Assembly: GCA_036508755.1 (NCBI GenBank)
Contig: DATCGV010000044.1
Location: 560-64,559, forward strand
DNA: 64,000 nucleotides
Direction: 5' to 3'
Source of the DNA: Candidatus Limnocylindrales bacterium
GTDB taxonomy: Bacteria; Chloroflexota; Limnocylindria; Limnocylindrales; CSP1-4
In this document: one piece after another, positions 17,871-27,168 of the stretch
Layout of the letters: the number at the start of each line of letters is the position of its first letter
Position numbering within the stretch: position 1 is the first letter of the stretch
Made by a program: the position numbers and the translations under genes
Notes under the pieces: model-generated
The model's database searches: none
What the model was told of the DNA's origin: nothing
What the model saw: the letters and a program-made list of their open reading frames with translations, nothing else

Positions 17871-18469
17871 CCGCCGCCGCACGCACCATAGGACGCTCGG
17901 CTCGTGGCACGGCACTGACCCAGGCGGCCGTGCTCGTCACGGCACTGGCCGGTATCACGCTCATTCGCGCGGCGATCAACGGCACGACCGTGGCCAGCGC
18001 GTTCTTCGCCGGCGCGTTGTTCGGTGCCACGCTCCTGGCCGCCGCGGCGCTTGCCTCACAACCCATTCGACTCGCCCTTCCCGGGGCTCGCGCGATCGTC
18101 ATCGGCCTTGCCGGCGGCGCGGCGATCGTTGCCATCCCGCTTGCCGTGCATGCGATCGCCGCGCCCCCCGTTCAGCCACAGCCGTTCGTGCTCTGGGCGG
18201 CCGTGACCTGTCTCGTGGTCGCGGGCGAGGAGGCCATGCTGCGCGGCGCGATCCTTGATCGCGCCCGTGCCGCGGCTGGCCTCGTGCCGGCCGTCGTGGT
18301 GACCAGCGCGCTGTTCGCGCTCATGCACGTGCCGCTCTACGGCTGGAGCGTCGTCCCGGTCGACCTCGGCGCCGGCCTCGTGCTGTGCGGCCTGCGCCTG
18401 CTGAGCGGCGGAATCGCGGCGCCGGCCATCGCCCACGCCGTGGCAGACCTCGCTACCTCGTGGCTCTGA
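17864..18469 (+). CDS. CPBP family intramembrane glutamic endopeptidase (CAAX protease-like)
   Basis: EEAMLRGAI (EExxxR), SALFALMH (FxxxH) and IAHAVAD (HxxxN/D) motifs in TM helices; ATGA overlap with the SBP stop. Confidence 0.65.
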   Translation, partial: AMTAAARTIGRSARGTALTQAAVLVTALAGITLIRAAINGTTVASAFFAGALFGATLLAAAALASQPIRLALPGARAIVIGLAGGAAIVAIPLAVHAIAAPPVQPQPFVLWAAVTCLVVAGEEAMLRGAILDRARAAAGLVPAVVVTSALFALMHVPLYGWSVVPVDLGAGLVLCGLRLLSGGIAAPAIAHAVADLATSWL

Positions 18470-19178
18470 ACAGTTCCAGCATTCGTTCCGCGCGCAGCGC
18501 TGATTCGCCGTGCTCGTCGTGGCGCAGGAAAACGTAGCAGTCGGTGCCCGCTTCGAGGAACGCCTGTAGTCGGTCGCTCCAGCGCACGAGCTCGTCGTCG
18601 GTATAGCTCGACCGGCGCAGGCGGAGGTAGACGAAGCGCCCGGTCAGCCGGAGGTCGGGAGGGTCGCGCCCGTCGAGGTCGGTCGCGCACAACGTCGCTG
18701 CGTGCGCGCTCAACAGCTCGAACACCTCATCGACGTGCCACGACTCGTGCTGGAACTCGACGGTCAGAGGCATGTCCACCGGCCACTCGTGGAGCATCTT
18801 CTCCAGCCGCAGATCGTCGCGCCGGACCTGCTCGGGCACGCGGAAGAGCACTGTCCCCAGGCGTTCGCCGAACAGCCGATACGGCGCGGTCAACCATTCC
18901 ACCGTCTGCGCTGCGGCTTCGCCGAACGCGCGCATGCTGCCACCGCGCTGGGCCTTGACGCTGAACCGGAAGTCGGCGGGCGTCGCGGCCAGCCAGGCAG
19001 TGATGCGGTCCTGTTTTGGATGCTGGTAGAAGGTGTTGTTGAGCTCGACCGCGTTCAGGCGCTCGGCGTAGGCGAGGAGCAACTCGGCGCTGCGCGTTCC
19101 CGCCGGGTAAAAGAGCGGCGCCCAGTCGGCGTAGGCAAAGCCGCTCGTGCCCACGTAAAGCGTGCCGCGTTCGCCCAC
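18453..19178 (-). CDS. DUF72 family protein (YecE-like)
   Basis: LYVGTSGFAYADWAPLFYP...NNTFYQ... characteristic DUF72 N-terminus. Confidence 0.7.
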   Translation of the reverse strand: MGERGTLYVGTSGFAYADWAPLFYPAGTRSAELLLAYAERLNAVELNNTFYQHPKQDRITAWLAATPADFRFSVKAQRGGSMRAFGEAAAQTVEWLTAPYRLFGERLGTVLFRVPEQVRRDDLRLEKMLHEWPVDMPLTVEFQHESWHVDEVFELLSAHAATLCATDLDGRDPPDLRLTGRFVYLRLRRSSYTDDELVRWSDRLQAFLEAGTDCYVFLRHDEHGESALRAERMLELFRATR

Positions 19179-19188
19179 GGCCGCGTGC

Positions 19189-20298
19189 CTACTGCCAGCG
19201 GAAGTAACGCGCAGAGATCAGGAACGTCACGACGAGCCAGCCGGCCAGGACCAGGACGTCTATGTACAGCGGCGCGTAGGCTGCGCCGCCAACCATCGTT
19301 TGGCGCAGCGCGTCGCCGAGGTATGTCAGCGGCAGGAACGCAGCAACCGGCTGCAGCCACTGGGGCATGAACGCGATCGGAAAGAAGATGCCCGACAGGA
19401 ACATGAGCGGAAACTGGACGATGCTGGCCAGCGTGTTGGCCGTGTCCTCGGTCCGCGCATACGACGCGATCACGTAGCCGATCGACACAAAGGTCACGGC
19501 GCCAAGGACCACGAGCGCGGCCACGGCCAGTGGTTGAAGAACCGAGACGCCGAAGAGCACCACGCCGATGCCGACGATGATCAAGGTCTGCACGACCGCG
19601 ATGAGCAGGCGCATGAACACGTTGCTGCCGACCAGCGTCGAGCGCGCGAGGGGAGTGGCGCCGAGACGCTTCAGGATCTGCTTCTCGCGCTGGGCGACGA
19701 GCGGGATGGCGGCGAACACGCCGAGCTGCATAAGTGCCATGGCCAGGATGCTGGGCACGAAATAGGCCGCATTCGTCAGGCTTTGTGTCTGGAGCGTCTG
19801 TGGCTGGATGGCGATAGTCGGCGGCTTGCCGCTCAGTTGCTGATTGATGCCGCCAACCACCTGGCCGACGACCTGCTGGATCGTGCCGCTGGAAGACTGC
19901 TTGCTCGGATCGGTGTACAGGATCAGCTGGAAGGGCGCGCCCGCTGAGCCTGCAGAGCCACCGGATGTCATTGCCGCGCCAAGGCCCGCCGGGACGACGA
20001 TGACCGCGTCGAGCTTGCCGTCGCGCATCTGGGCGAGGGCATCGTCCTGGCTGGCGTCCTTCAGATTGAGCAGTGACACCGCGGCGAAGCCGGCGCGCAA
20101 CTGAGTCGCTGCGGGCGACTGGTCCTGGTCCACCCAGCCGACGTTGAACGTGGTCGCGCCGCCCGAGAAGATCGACCCGAACAGGACCACGAAGAGCACC
20201 GGAAACGCGATCGTCCAGAAGAGAGCACCGCGGTCGCGGACGTAGCTCTTGACGTTGGCGATGGTTAGCGGCAGGAGGCCGCGCGTAAATCTGCTCAT
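19189..20298 (-). CDS. ABC-2 type transporter permease
   Basis: 6-TM ABC-2 pattern with large N-terminal extracytoplasmic loop; ATG at 20298 verified. Confidence 0.7.
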   Translation of the reverse strand: MSRFTRGLLPLTIANVKSYVRDRGALFWTIAFPVLFVVLFGSIFSGGATTFNVGWVDQDQSPAATQLRAGFAAVSLLNLKDASQDDALAQMRDGKLDAVIVVPAGLGAAMTSGGSAGSAGAPFQLILYTDPSKQSSSGTIQQVVGQVVGGINQQLSGKPPTIAIQPQTLQTQSLTNAAYFVPSILAMALMQLGVFAAIPLVAQREKQILKRLGATPLARSTLVGSNVFMRLLIAVVQTLIIVGIGVVLFGVSVLQPLAVAALVVLGAVTFVSIGYVIASYARTEDTANTLASIVQFPLMFLSGIFFPIAFMPQWLQPVAAFLPLTYLGDALRQTMVGGAAYAPLYIDVLVLAGWLVVTFLISARYFRWQ

Positions 20299-20308
20299 GC
20301 CAATTACC

Positions 20309-21235
20309 TCAGTCGCGCAGCGCGCGGCCGGTCAGCTCGAGGAAGACATCCTCGAGCGTCGGGCGCTTGACGGCCACGTCCAGGTTCTGGGCACCCACCT
20401 GGTCGGCGAGGCGGTCCAGGTCACCGATGGTTGCCGGCACGTCAGTCGTGTACAGGGCCGTCTCAACGACCTCGTGGGCGACGCGCGTCACGCCGCGCAA
20501 CTGGGCGAGGTGCGCGTCATCGAACGCGGCGCGCGTCGCGAAACGGACGCTGCGTTCCTTGAAATGGCCGCTGACGACGGCGTCGACCGTGCCCAGCTCG
20601 AGGATCCTGCCGTGGTCCATGATCGCGACCCGGTCGCACAGCTGCTCGGCCTCTTCCATGTAGTGCGTGGTCATGACCACCGTCCGGCCCTCGTCCTTGA
20701 GCGCGGCGACTCGGTCCCATAGAGAGCGGCGAGCCTGGGGATCGAGCCCGGTCGTGGGTTCATCGAGAAAGATCAGCTCCGGATCGTTGACCATCGCCAG
20801 TGCGACGGACAGCCGCTGGCGCTGGCCGCCTGAGAGATCCTTGGTCAGCCCGGTCTGGCGCTCTTCGAGGCCGTACTCGCTGATCAGCTCCCTGGTCGGC
20901 CGCGAATGCTTGTAGAAGCTGCGGAAGACGTCGATCAGCTCGACCACGGTGAGATTGGGATACAGCGCGGCTGTCTGGAGCTGCACGCCGATGCGCTCCT
21001 TGAGCTGAGTGGGATGACGGGCCGGGTCGATGCCGAGCACGCGCACCTCGCCCGAGTCGGACTTGTTGAGGCCCTCGAGGATCTCGACCGTTGTCGTCTT
21101 GCCCGCGCCGTTCGGGCCAAGCAGGCCGAAGACTTCGCCCTTGCCGACCTCAAAGCTGATGCCGTCTACGGCGTGCAGGTCGCCGTAGCTCTTGTGCAGG
21201 TCAGCGACCGATATGACCGGTGGCGTGGGTTCCAC
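20309..21235 (-). CDS. ABC transporter ATP-binding protein (DrrA-like exporter ATPase)
   Basis: Walker A GPNGAGKTTT, signature LSGGQRQRLSVA, Walker B IFLDEPTTGLD; GTG at 21235. Confidence 0.85.
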   Translation of the reverse strand: MEPTPPVISVADLHKSYGDLHAVDGISFEVGKGEVFGLLGPNGAGKTTTVEILEGLNKSDSGEVRVLGIDPARHPTQLKERIGVQLQTAALYPNLTVVELIDVFRSFYKHSRPTRELISEYGLEERQTGLTKDLSGGQRQRLSVALAMVNDPELIFLDEPTTGLDPQARRSLWDRVAALKDEGRTVVMTTHYMEEAEQLCDRVAIMDHGRILELGTVDAVVSGHFKERSVRFATRAAFDDAHLAQLRGVTRVAHEVVETALYTTDVPATIGDLDRLADQVGAQNLDVAVKRPTLEDVFLELTGRALRD

Positions 21236-21303
21236 CCGCGAAGATTAATGGCTTGTGCGGATCGGCTCGGCAGCGCTCAGGCGATCACGAGACATCCGGC
21301 GGT

Positions 21304-22152
21304 TCACGAAGTGGCTGCCACGGCCTGACGGCGCCGGAGCACGGCGGTTCCTCGGGCAAGCACCAGCGCTGCGACAAACGTGGCGGTCTGCACGAGGACG
21401 ATCGTGGCGCCACTGGCGACATCAAGCCAGAAGCTGAGGTACAAGCCGGCCACGGACGTGACGCAGCCAATGACTGTGGCGAGCACGATCATGCGCGTGA
21501 AACGAACGGTCATCAGCTGAGCTGTCGCGGCCGGCGTAACGAGCATCGCTACGACCAGGATGATGCCGACGGCCTGGAGGCTGATGACGATGGTGATCGC
21601 GACGAGGCCCAGGAACAGATACTCGAGCCCGGCGACAGGCAAGCCCGAGGCAGCCGCGCCGAGCGGGTCGAACGTCGAGTAGAGCAACTCTTTCCACAGT
21701 ACGGCGACCGCTCCCAGTACGATTGCGCTCAGCACGATCAGGCTGACCAGATCGCCAGTGCTGATGGCGAGGACGTTGCCGACAAGAAAGCCAAATAGGT
21801 CGCCGACGAACCCTTTGATTCCGCTGTAGATGAAGATACCGAGCGCGAATGCGCCGGCGAAGACGACACCTATCGCGGTGTCGACGCGGAGGTGACTGCG
21901 ACGGCTTATCCAGCCGATAGAGATCGCGGTCAGGAATGCCGCGATGCCGCCGCCAATTGCGTACGGCGCCGAGAACAGGTACGCCACGACGACGCCGGGG
22001 AACGCGGCGTGGGCGACGGCGTCACCAATGAACGCCAGGCCCTTGAGCACGACATAGCTGCCGACGACGGCGCAGACCGTCCCGGCGAGCACACTTGCGA
22101 CCAGGGCGCGCTGGAAGAACTGGAACGACAGCGGGTCGAGGATGAGATTCAT
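21304..22152 (-). CDS. znuB: metal (Zn/Mn) ABC transporter permease, ABC-3 family
   Basis: ABC-3 permease pattern; ATG at 22152 immediately after the znuC stop; zur-linked operon. Confidence 0.75.
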   Translation of the reverse strand: MNLILDPLSFQFFQRALVASVLAGTVCAVVGSYVVLKGLAFIGDAVAHAAFPGVVVAYLFSAPYAIGGGIAAFLTAISIGWISRRSHLRVDTAIGVVFAGAFALGIFIYSGIKGFVGDLFGFLVGNVLAISTGDLVSLIVLSAIVLGAVAVLWKELLYSTFDPLGAAASGLPVAGLEYLFLGLVAITIVISLQAVGIILVVAMLVTPAATAQLMTVRFTRMIVLATVIGCVTSVAGLYLSFWLDVASGATIVLVQTATFVAALVLARGTAVLRRRQAVAATS

Positions 22153-23025
22153 TCAGCGGCTGCGCTGGGACTCTTCGTGGTAATGGACCTCGCCCTCGCC
22201 CGGCTGATCGTGATGATGCGCGTCGTCGAGGACTACGGTCTGGTTGCCGAGCACAAGCAAATGGCCACCGTAGGTTCGCGTCAGGACGTCCGGATCGAGA
22301 ATCAACGATGACGGCCCATAAGCGATGACCGTATGGTTGATCGCCGCGACGCGGTGAAAGCGCGCGGCGGCGGCTGCCAGATCATGAGTTGTCGCGACCA
22401 CCGTCCTGCCCCGCTTCGACTCTGCCTCGAGGATGTCCATCAGGTCTTCCTGGGTCGTGGCGTCAATTCCGGTCACCGGCTCGTCCAACAGGTAGAGCGC
22501 AGGATCGGCGGCCAGCGCTCGCGCCAGGAAGACTCGCCGGCGCTGGCCGCCGGACAGCTGGCCGATCTGCGTCTGACGGTGGCGAGTCATGCCCACCTTC
22601 TCCAGGGCCTCATCGGCGTGGCGCCGATCAACGGGGCCAGGCCGCCGGAGCGGTCCGAGCAGCGGGTAACGGCCCATCATCACGACATCCGCGACGGTGA
22701 CGGGGAATGCCCAGTCAACCGTTTCCGCCTGCGGCACATAAGCCACTCGATGTGCCTCACGTCGCGGCGCGCCGCCCAGGATCTCGACTCGGCCGGTCCA
22801 TGGCTCGAGCAGGCCGGCCATTACCTTGAGCAGCGTGCTCTTGCCCGCGCCGTTCGGGCCGACCACTGCCAGCAGCGTGCCCGATTCGACGGCGAGGCTG
22901 ACTTCCTCGAGTGCGGCACGATCGCCGTAGCCCGCTGTGACGTTCGACAGCCAGACGTCGGAATGCGCGCGCAGATGACTCAGCTGGGCATCGTGGCCGT
23001 TGGGGGTCGCAGTCGGCTGAGTCAG
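22153..23025 (-). CDS. znuC: metal ABC transporter ATP-binding protein; start codon uncertain (no canonical start upstream of Walker A)
   Basis: Walker A GPNGAGKSTLLK, signature LSGGQRRRVFLA. The track ORF starts at GTG 22866, which is inside the Walker A beta-strand (AVVGPNG). The in-frame upstream translation SDVWLSNVTAGYGDRAALEEVSLAVESGTLLAVVGPNG is clearly part of the protein yet contains no ATG/GTG/TTG back to the znuA stop (CTG at 23025 overlaps that TGA). Confidence 0.7.
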   Translation of the reverse strand: MTQPTATPNGHDAQLSHLRAHSDVWLSNVTAGYGDRAALEEVSLAVESGTLLAVVGPNGAGKSTLLKVMAGLLEPWTGRVEILGGAPRREAHRVAYVPQAETVDWAFPVTVADVVMMGRYPLLGPLRRPGPVDRRHADEALEKVGMTRHRQTQIGQLSGGQRRRVFLARALAADPALYLLDEPVTGIDATTQEDLMDILEAESKRGRTVVATTHDLAAAAARFHRVAAINHTVIAYGPSSLILDPDVLTRTYGGHLLVLGNQTVVLDDAHHHDQPGEGEVHYHEESQRSR

Positions 23026-23921
23026 CGCAGTCCCTCGACGATCCTGTCGGTGTCCCAGCGTATCTCGGCGTCGTACGAGGTGATCTGGTCGGTCAACGCA
23101 TCGTCGTACAGATCGCTCTCCAGGCGCGCACCGGTATCTGACGCGATCTCGCGCACGAGATTGTCCGGGAACTGGACCTCGGCCAGAACCAGCTTGACAC
23201 CGGAGGCCTTGATCGCGTTGACGAGATCCGCGATCTGGCCCGCGCTCGGGTCCTGTCCGGGCGCCGGCACGGCGACGCCGACGATGGTTATGCCGTAATC
23301 GCGGGCGTAATAGGGGAATGCGTCGTGGAAGGTCACCATCTTGCGGTTCGCCTCTGGGATCGTCGCAATCTGGCTGCGCACATATTGGTCAAGTTCAACG
23401 AGCCTGGCGTCGTAGTTGGCAGCGTTGGCATCGTAGTCGGACTTGTTGGCCGGATCGATCTCGTCGAGCTTGGCGCGAATCGCATCGGCGTACTTGCGTG
23501 CGTACTGCACGTCCATCCACAGGTGTGGGTTGTCGCTACCCGCCTCGCCTTCTCCGGCGGCTATGTAATCGACCCCTGCAAGGCCCTCGCCCAACTTCAG
23601 GATGGGGATGTCAGCGTTGCCCGTGTTCTGGACGAACGGCATGAGCCAGTCATCGAGGCCGAGGCCGTTCATGACAACCAGCTTTGCGCCGGTCATCACA
23701 ACCGCGTCTGATGGCGATGGATCGAAGGTGTGCACGTCCCCGCCCTTGGGCACGAGTGATGTGACCGTGACGTGACTGCCGCCGATGTTCGAGACGAAGT
23801 CGGCGAACACGGTAGTGGTTGTGACGATAGAGATCGTGCCCGGCGCGAGCGTGCTGCCGCCAGCTCCCGAACACCCGGTCACGAACAGGACGGCCAGCGC
23901 GGCCAGCAACGAGCGCTTCAT
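23022..23921 (-). CDS. znuA: metal ABC transporter substrate-binding lipoprotein (ZnuA/TroA family)
   Basis: Lipobox FVTGCSG; TroA-like cluster-9 SBP pattern (HD...DPHLW...); ATG at 23921 adjacent to the zur stop. Confidence 0.75.
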   Translation of the reverse strand: MKRSLLAALAVLFVTGCSGAGGSTLAPGTISIVTTTTVFADFVSNIGGSHVTVTSLVPKGGDVHTFDPSPSDAVVMTGAKLVVMNGLGLDDWLMPFVQNTGNADIPILKLGEGLAGVDYIAAGEGEAGSDNPHLWMDVQYARKYADAIRAKLDEIDPANKSDYDANAANYDARLVELDQYVRSQIATIPEANRKMVTFHDAFPYYARDYGITIVGVAVPAPGQDPSAGQIADLVNAIKASGVKLVLAEVQFPDNLVREIASDTGARLESDLYDDALTDQITSYDAEIRWDTDRIVEGLR

Positions 23922-24334
23922 TTCGCCTCGTCCGCCTGGCACTCCGGGCACAGGCCGTACAGCTCGAGTCGGTGACTTTCGATGACATAGCCGCTCTTGG
24001 CGCCGATCTGCTGGACGACAGCCTGCAGGCCCTGGTCGGCTACCTCGACAGACCTTGCGCAGCGGCGACAGACGACGTGATGGTGGTGCTCGCGCGGCGC
24101 GCAGGCGACGTAGGCGTGCTCGCCGGACGGCAGGTCGAGGCGCTCCAGCGAGCCCTGCTCGGCGAGCAGGTCAAGGGTCCGGAAGACAGTCGCGCGGCCG
24201 ACTTTGACGTTGCGGGCCTCAGCATCAGCGATGAGGTCGGCGGCCGTGAAGTGGCCGCGCCGCGCAGCGATCATCTCGACGAGAGCGCGGCGCGGCGCGG
24301 TCACTCTGGTCGCGGTGTTGAGACCCGATCTCAT
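23918..24334 (-). CDS. zur: Fur family transcriptional regulator, probable zinc uptake regulator
   Basis: Fur fold with HHHHVVCRRC and C..C metal sites; directly upstream of znuACB. Confidence 0.75.
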   Translation of the reverse strand: MRSGLNTATRVTAPRRALVEMIAARRGHFTAADLIADAEARNVKVGRATVFRTLDLLAEQGSLERLDLPSGEHAYVACAPREHHHHVVCRRCARSVEVADQGLQAVVQQIGAKSGYVIESHRLELYGLCPECQADEAK

Positions 24335-24368
24335 TGTCGCGAGATGATACCGAATCTCAGAACGTTGT

Positions 24369-25208
24369 CTAGCCCATCAGGCGCACGCTCGCACAACCCT
24401 CGGGGACGATGCTGGTCGGGCTGTCTGCCGGGGCGTAGCTGCTCGCGACGACGCTCGTTTGGAAGAGCCTCTTGCCGTGCGCGCCGATCCAGTTGACTAG
24501 CACCGTGACGCGCAGGACATCGGACGTGCCCACCGGCAACGACCTCACGTCGAAAGTCACCGGTTTGAACGTGACGCTGCCCCGACCGCGAAGGGTGAAT
24601 ACGTGCGTCGTCGACACGTCTATCGGCCGCCAGTCAGCCTCGAAGATCGCGCTGAGCTGGTTCGTCTCGAGCACGGCCGTCCAACTCACCGCCTTTAGCT
24701 GCCCGATCGTGCCGGCATGTCCCACCGCGATCACGGGCGGACTCACAATGACGTGAGCCAGCGATGGTGGGTTGGCGGTCATGTCGTACGAGCACGCGAC
24801 GTATGCTTTGTCCCCCGCGTCGAGCGACACGCTGCCGGGGGAGCCCCCGCTGTCGGGCGGACTGGGCTCTTCCGACACGGCTGGCCCGCCTGTCGTCGGC
24901 GGAGGCTGCGGCTCGATCACACCGGGATCGACGGGGATCGAAAGTGGGGTTGCGGATGGTGTCGGCGAGGGACTCCCGTGCGTCACCGCGACGAAGGCCG
25001 GCGTCGGGAGGGGCGCCGACGGCTGGTCCCAGGGCTTCCAGATCAGGCCGCCGACCACGACCAGTGCGGCGGTCAGGACCACGAGCCCTTTCCAGCGTCC
25101 GCCGCGCACGCGCTCGGTCGTGAGATCGGGTCTCGGCTCGTAGGGAGGCACTGGCACAGTCGTTGGTATAGCAGCACGGCCGACTTTCGATCGGCACCTA
25201 GAATTCAT
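24369..25208 (-). CDS. membrane-anchored hypothetical protein with Pro-rich linker and C-terminal globular domain
   Basis: Single TM (GLVVLTAALVVVGGLIW) then P/S/T-rich linker; true start probably internal (GTG near VRGGRWKG), because the 25208 start would leave only 8 bp to the divergent pncA. Confidence 0.4.
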   Translation of the reverse strand: MNSRCRSKVGRAAIPTTVPVPPYEPRPDLTTERVRGGRWKGLVVLTAALVVVGGLIWKPWDQPSAPLPTPAFVAVTHGSPSPTPSATPLSIPVDPGVIEPQPPPTTGGPAVSEEPSPPDSGGSPGSVSLDAGDKAYVACSYDMTANPPSLAHVIVSPPVIAVGHAGTIGQLKAVSWTAVLETNQLSAIFEADWRPIDVSTTHVFTLRGRGSVTFKPVTFDVRSLPVGTSDVLRVTVLVNWIGAHGKRLFQTSVVASSYAPADSPTSIVPEGCASVRLMG

Positions 25209-25216
25209 GGCGCCGC

Positions 25217-25840
25217 ATGCCGACGTACGATCCGACTACCGCCCTGCTCATCGTCGACGTCCAGAACGACTTCGCCGATCCGCAGGGCAACCTCTATGTG
25301 AAGGGCGGCGAGCAAGTCGTGCCGTTCATCAACGCCGAGATCGAGCGTGCCCAGCAGGCCGGCGCGCGGCTGTTCTACACACAGGACTGGCACCCCGAGT
25401 CGACGCCGCACTTCCAGAAGGACGGTGGCATCTGGCCGGTCCATTGCGTGCAGTTCACCTGGGGCGCGGAGTTGCATCCCGCGCTCGTGGTCGGTGGCCC
25501 GATCGTCAAGAAGGGCAGCAACGGCGAGGACGGCTACTCGGGCTTCACGATGCGTGACCCGGTGAGCGGCGAGACGACCGCAACGCCGCTTGGCGACATG
25601 CTCGCCACGGCCGGCATCACGACACTCGTCGTGGCGGGATTGGCAACCGACTACTGCGTCAAGTCGACGGTGCTCGACGCACGCGAGCGTGGCTATCCGG
25701 TGACCGTGCTCCAGAACGGGATCCGTGCCGTCGACCTGCAAGCGGGCGACGGCGACAGGGCAATCGAGGAGATGTTTGCCGCGGGGGCGCTGCTCGAGTC
25801 GCGCGCGGCCGTCAGCGCTGAGGGAGGGCTAGACTCGTGA
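25217..25840 (+). CDS. pncA: nicotinamidase/pyrazinamidase (isochorismatase family)
   Basis: LLIVDVQNDF, TQDWHP, and catalytic Cys in ATDYCVKST; ATG at 25217 verified. Confidence 0.75.
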   Translation: MPTYDPTTALLIVDVQNDFADPQGNLYVKGGEQVVPFINAEIERAQQAGARLFYTQDWHPESTPHFQKDGGIWPVHCVQFTWGAELHPALVVGGPIVKKGSNGEDGYSGFTMRDPVSGETTATPLGDMLATAGITTLVVAGLATDYCVKSTVLDARERGYPVTVLQNGIRAVDLQAGDGDRAIEEMFAAGALLESRAAVSAEGGLDS

Positions 25841-26955
25841 CGATGACAGCGGAGAAGCCGGCGGACGACCGTCCGTACTCGCCCGGACTCGAGGGGGTCC
25901 TGGCGGGTGAAACCTCGCTCGGCTACGTCGACGGCGCGAATGGGCGGCTGCTCTATCGCGGCTATCCGATCGGCGAGCTGGTCGAGCAGGGTTCGTATCC
26001 CGCCATCGCCAACCTGCTCTGGACCGGCGACTGGGATCCGAAGTGCAAACTGCCAACGGCGCCGGTCCCCGGGCCCGTCATGGACGTGCTGCGCGCATTG
26101 CCGCCGTCGGCCAAGCCGATGGACGCGCTGCGCACGGCCGTTTCCGCGTGGGGCACGACCCAGGACCTGCTCTGGCCACCGACCGATGGGCAGGCGCGAG
26201 CGATCACTTCGTTCTCGCCTTCGGCGCTGGCCGCCTTCGCGCGCCTGCGTGCCGGCAAGCAGCCCATTGATCCGGACCCGTCGCTCGACCTCGTCGAGGG
26301 CTTCCTCTACCAGCTCAACGGCCAGCGTCCGGACGCCGCCACGGCGCGCGCTCTCGACGCGTACTTCATCGTCGGTGCCGAGCACGGCTTCAACGCCTCG
26401 ACATTCACCGCGCGCGTGGTCACCTCGACCCGTTCGGACATCGCCTCGGCCGTCGCCGCGGCCATCGGCACGATGAAGGGGCCGCTCCACGGTGGCGCTC
26501 CGTCAGAGGTCGTCGACCAGCTGGCGCACGTCGAGTCTGCGGCCGATGCGGAGCGCTGGGTGCGCGAGACGCTCGATAGCGGCGAGCGGTTGATGGGCTT
26601 CGGCCACCGCGTCTACCGCGCCTACGATCCGCGTGCCGCGGCACTGCGCAAGGTCGCCGAAAGCATGCCGACGAAGCCGGACTGGCTACAGAAGGCTATC
26701 GACGTCGAGGATGTCGCCCTGCGCGTGCTCGCCGAAAAGCATCCCGACCGCGCGCTCAAGACGAACGTCGAGTATTACGCCGCGCCCGTGCTCATGGGTG
26801 TCGGCCTTACGCCCGACCTGTTCGCCGCGACCTTCTCGCTCGCCCGACACGCCGGCTGGACGGCACACGTCCTGGAGCAGGCGGCGGACAACCGACTGAT
26901 CCGGCCCGACGTGCGCTACATCGGCCCCGCGGAGCGCCACCTGCCGACCGCCTGA
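25837..26955 (+). CDS. citrate synthase (type II / 2-methylcitrate synthase family)
   Basis: GFGHRVY catalytic His motif, PLHGGA, EHGFNASTF; GTGA overlap with the pncA stop. Confidence 0.85.
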   Translation: MTMTAEKPADDRPYSPGLEGVLAGETSLGYVDGANGRLLYRGYPIGELVEQGSYPAIANLLWTGDWDPKCKLPTAPVPGPVMDVLRALPPSAKPMDALRTAVSAWGTTQDLLWPPTDGQARAITSFSPSALAAFARLRAGKQPIDPDPSLDLVEGFLYQLNGQRPDAATARALDAYFIVGAEHGFNASTFTARVVTSTRSDIASAVAAAIGTMKGPLHGGAPSEVVDQLAHVESAADAERWVRETLDSGERLMGFGHRVYRAYDPRAAALRKVAESMPTKPDWLQKAIDVEDVALRVLAEKHPDRALKTNVEYYAAPVLMGVGLTPDLFAATFSLARHAGWTAHVLEQAADNRLIRPDVRYIGPAERHLPTA

Positions 26956-27168
26956 GCTCGGGCCGAGGCTCTGCCGGGCGCCCGCGCCGGTCGTCTCATT
27001 TGTTGCGTATGACTGAACGCGACACGCCCCGGATTGGCGATTCTGCCCTTCAGCGCCACGTTTCCCGACTGATATTCCAGTGATGCTGGAGATTCAGCAC
27101 GTTCGCGAGCCGATTTCGTCGTGTCGTTCAGTGATGCGGGAAATCGGATGTGAGCCGCGGCCGGCAGG
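26956..27168. other. 213-bp convergent intergenic region, locally AT-richer, with nested inverted repeats (possible bidirectional terminator or small RNA)
   Basis: TGAACGCGACACG (27012-27024) versus CGTGTCGTTCA (27127-27137); CCGATTTC (27110-27117) versus GAAATCGG (27148-27155); composition visibly lower GC than flanking coding sequence. Confidence 0.3.

Noticed and set aside
16422-17915. 497-aa minus-strand ORF
   Set aside because: Antisense to the LivK-type SBP gene; no motifs
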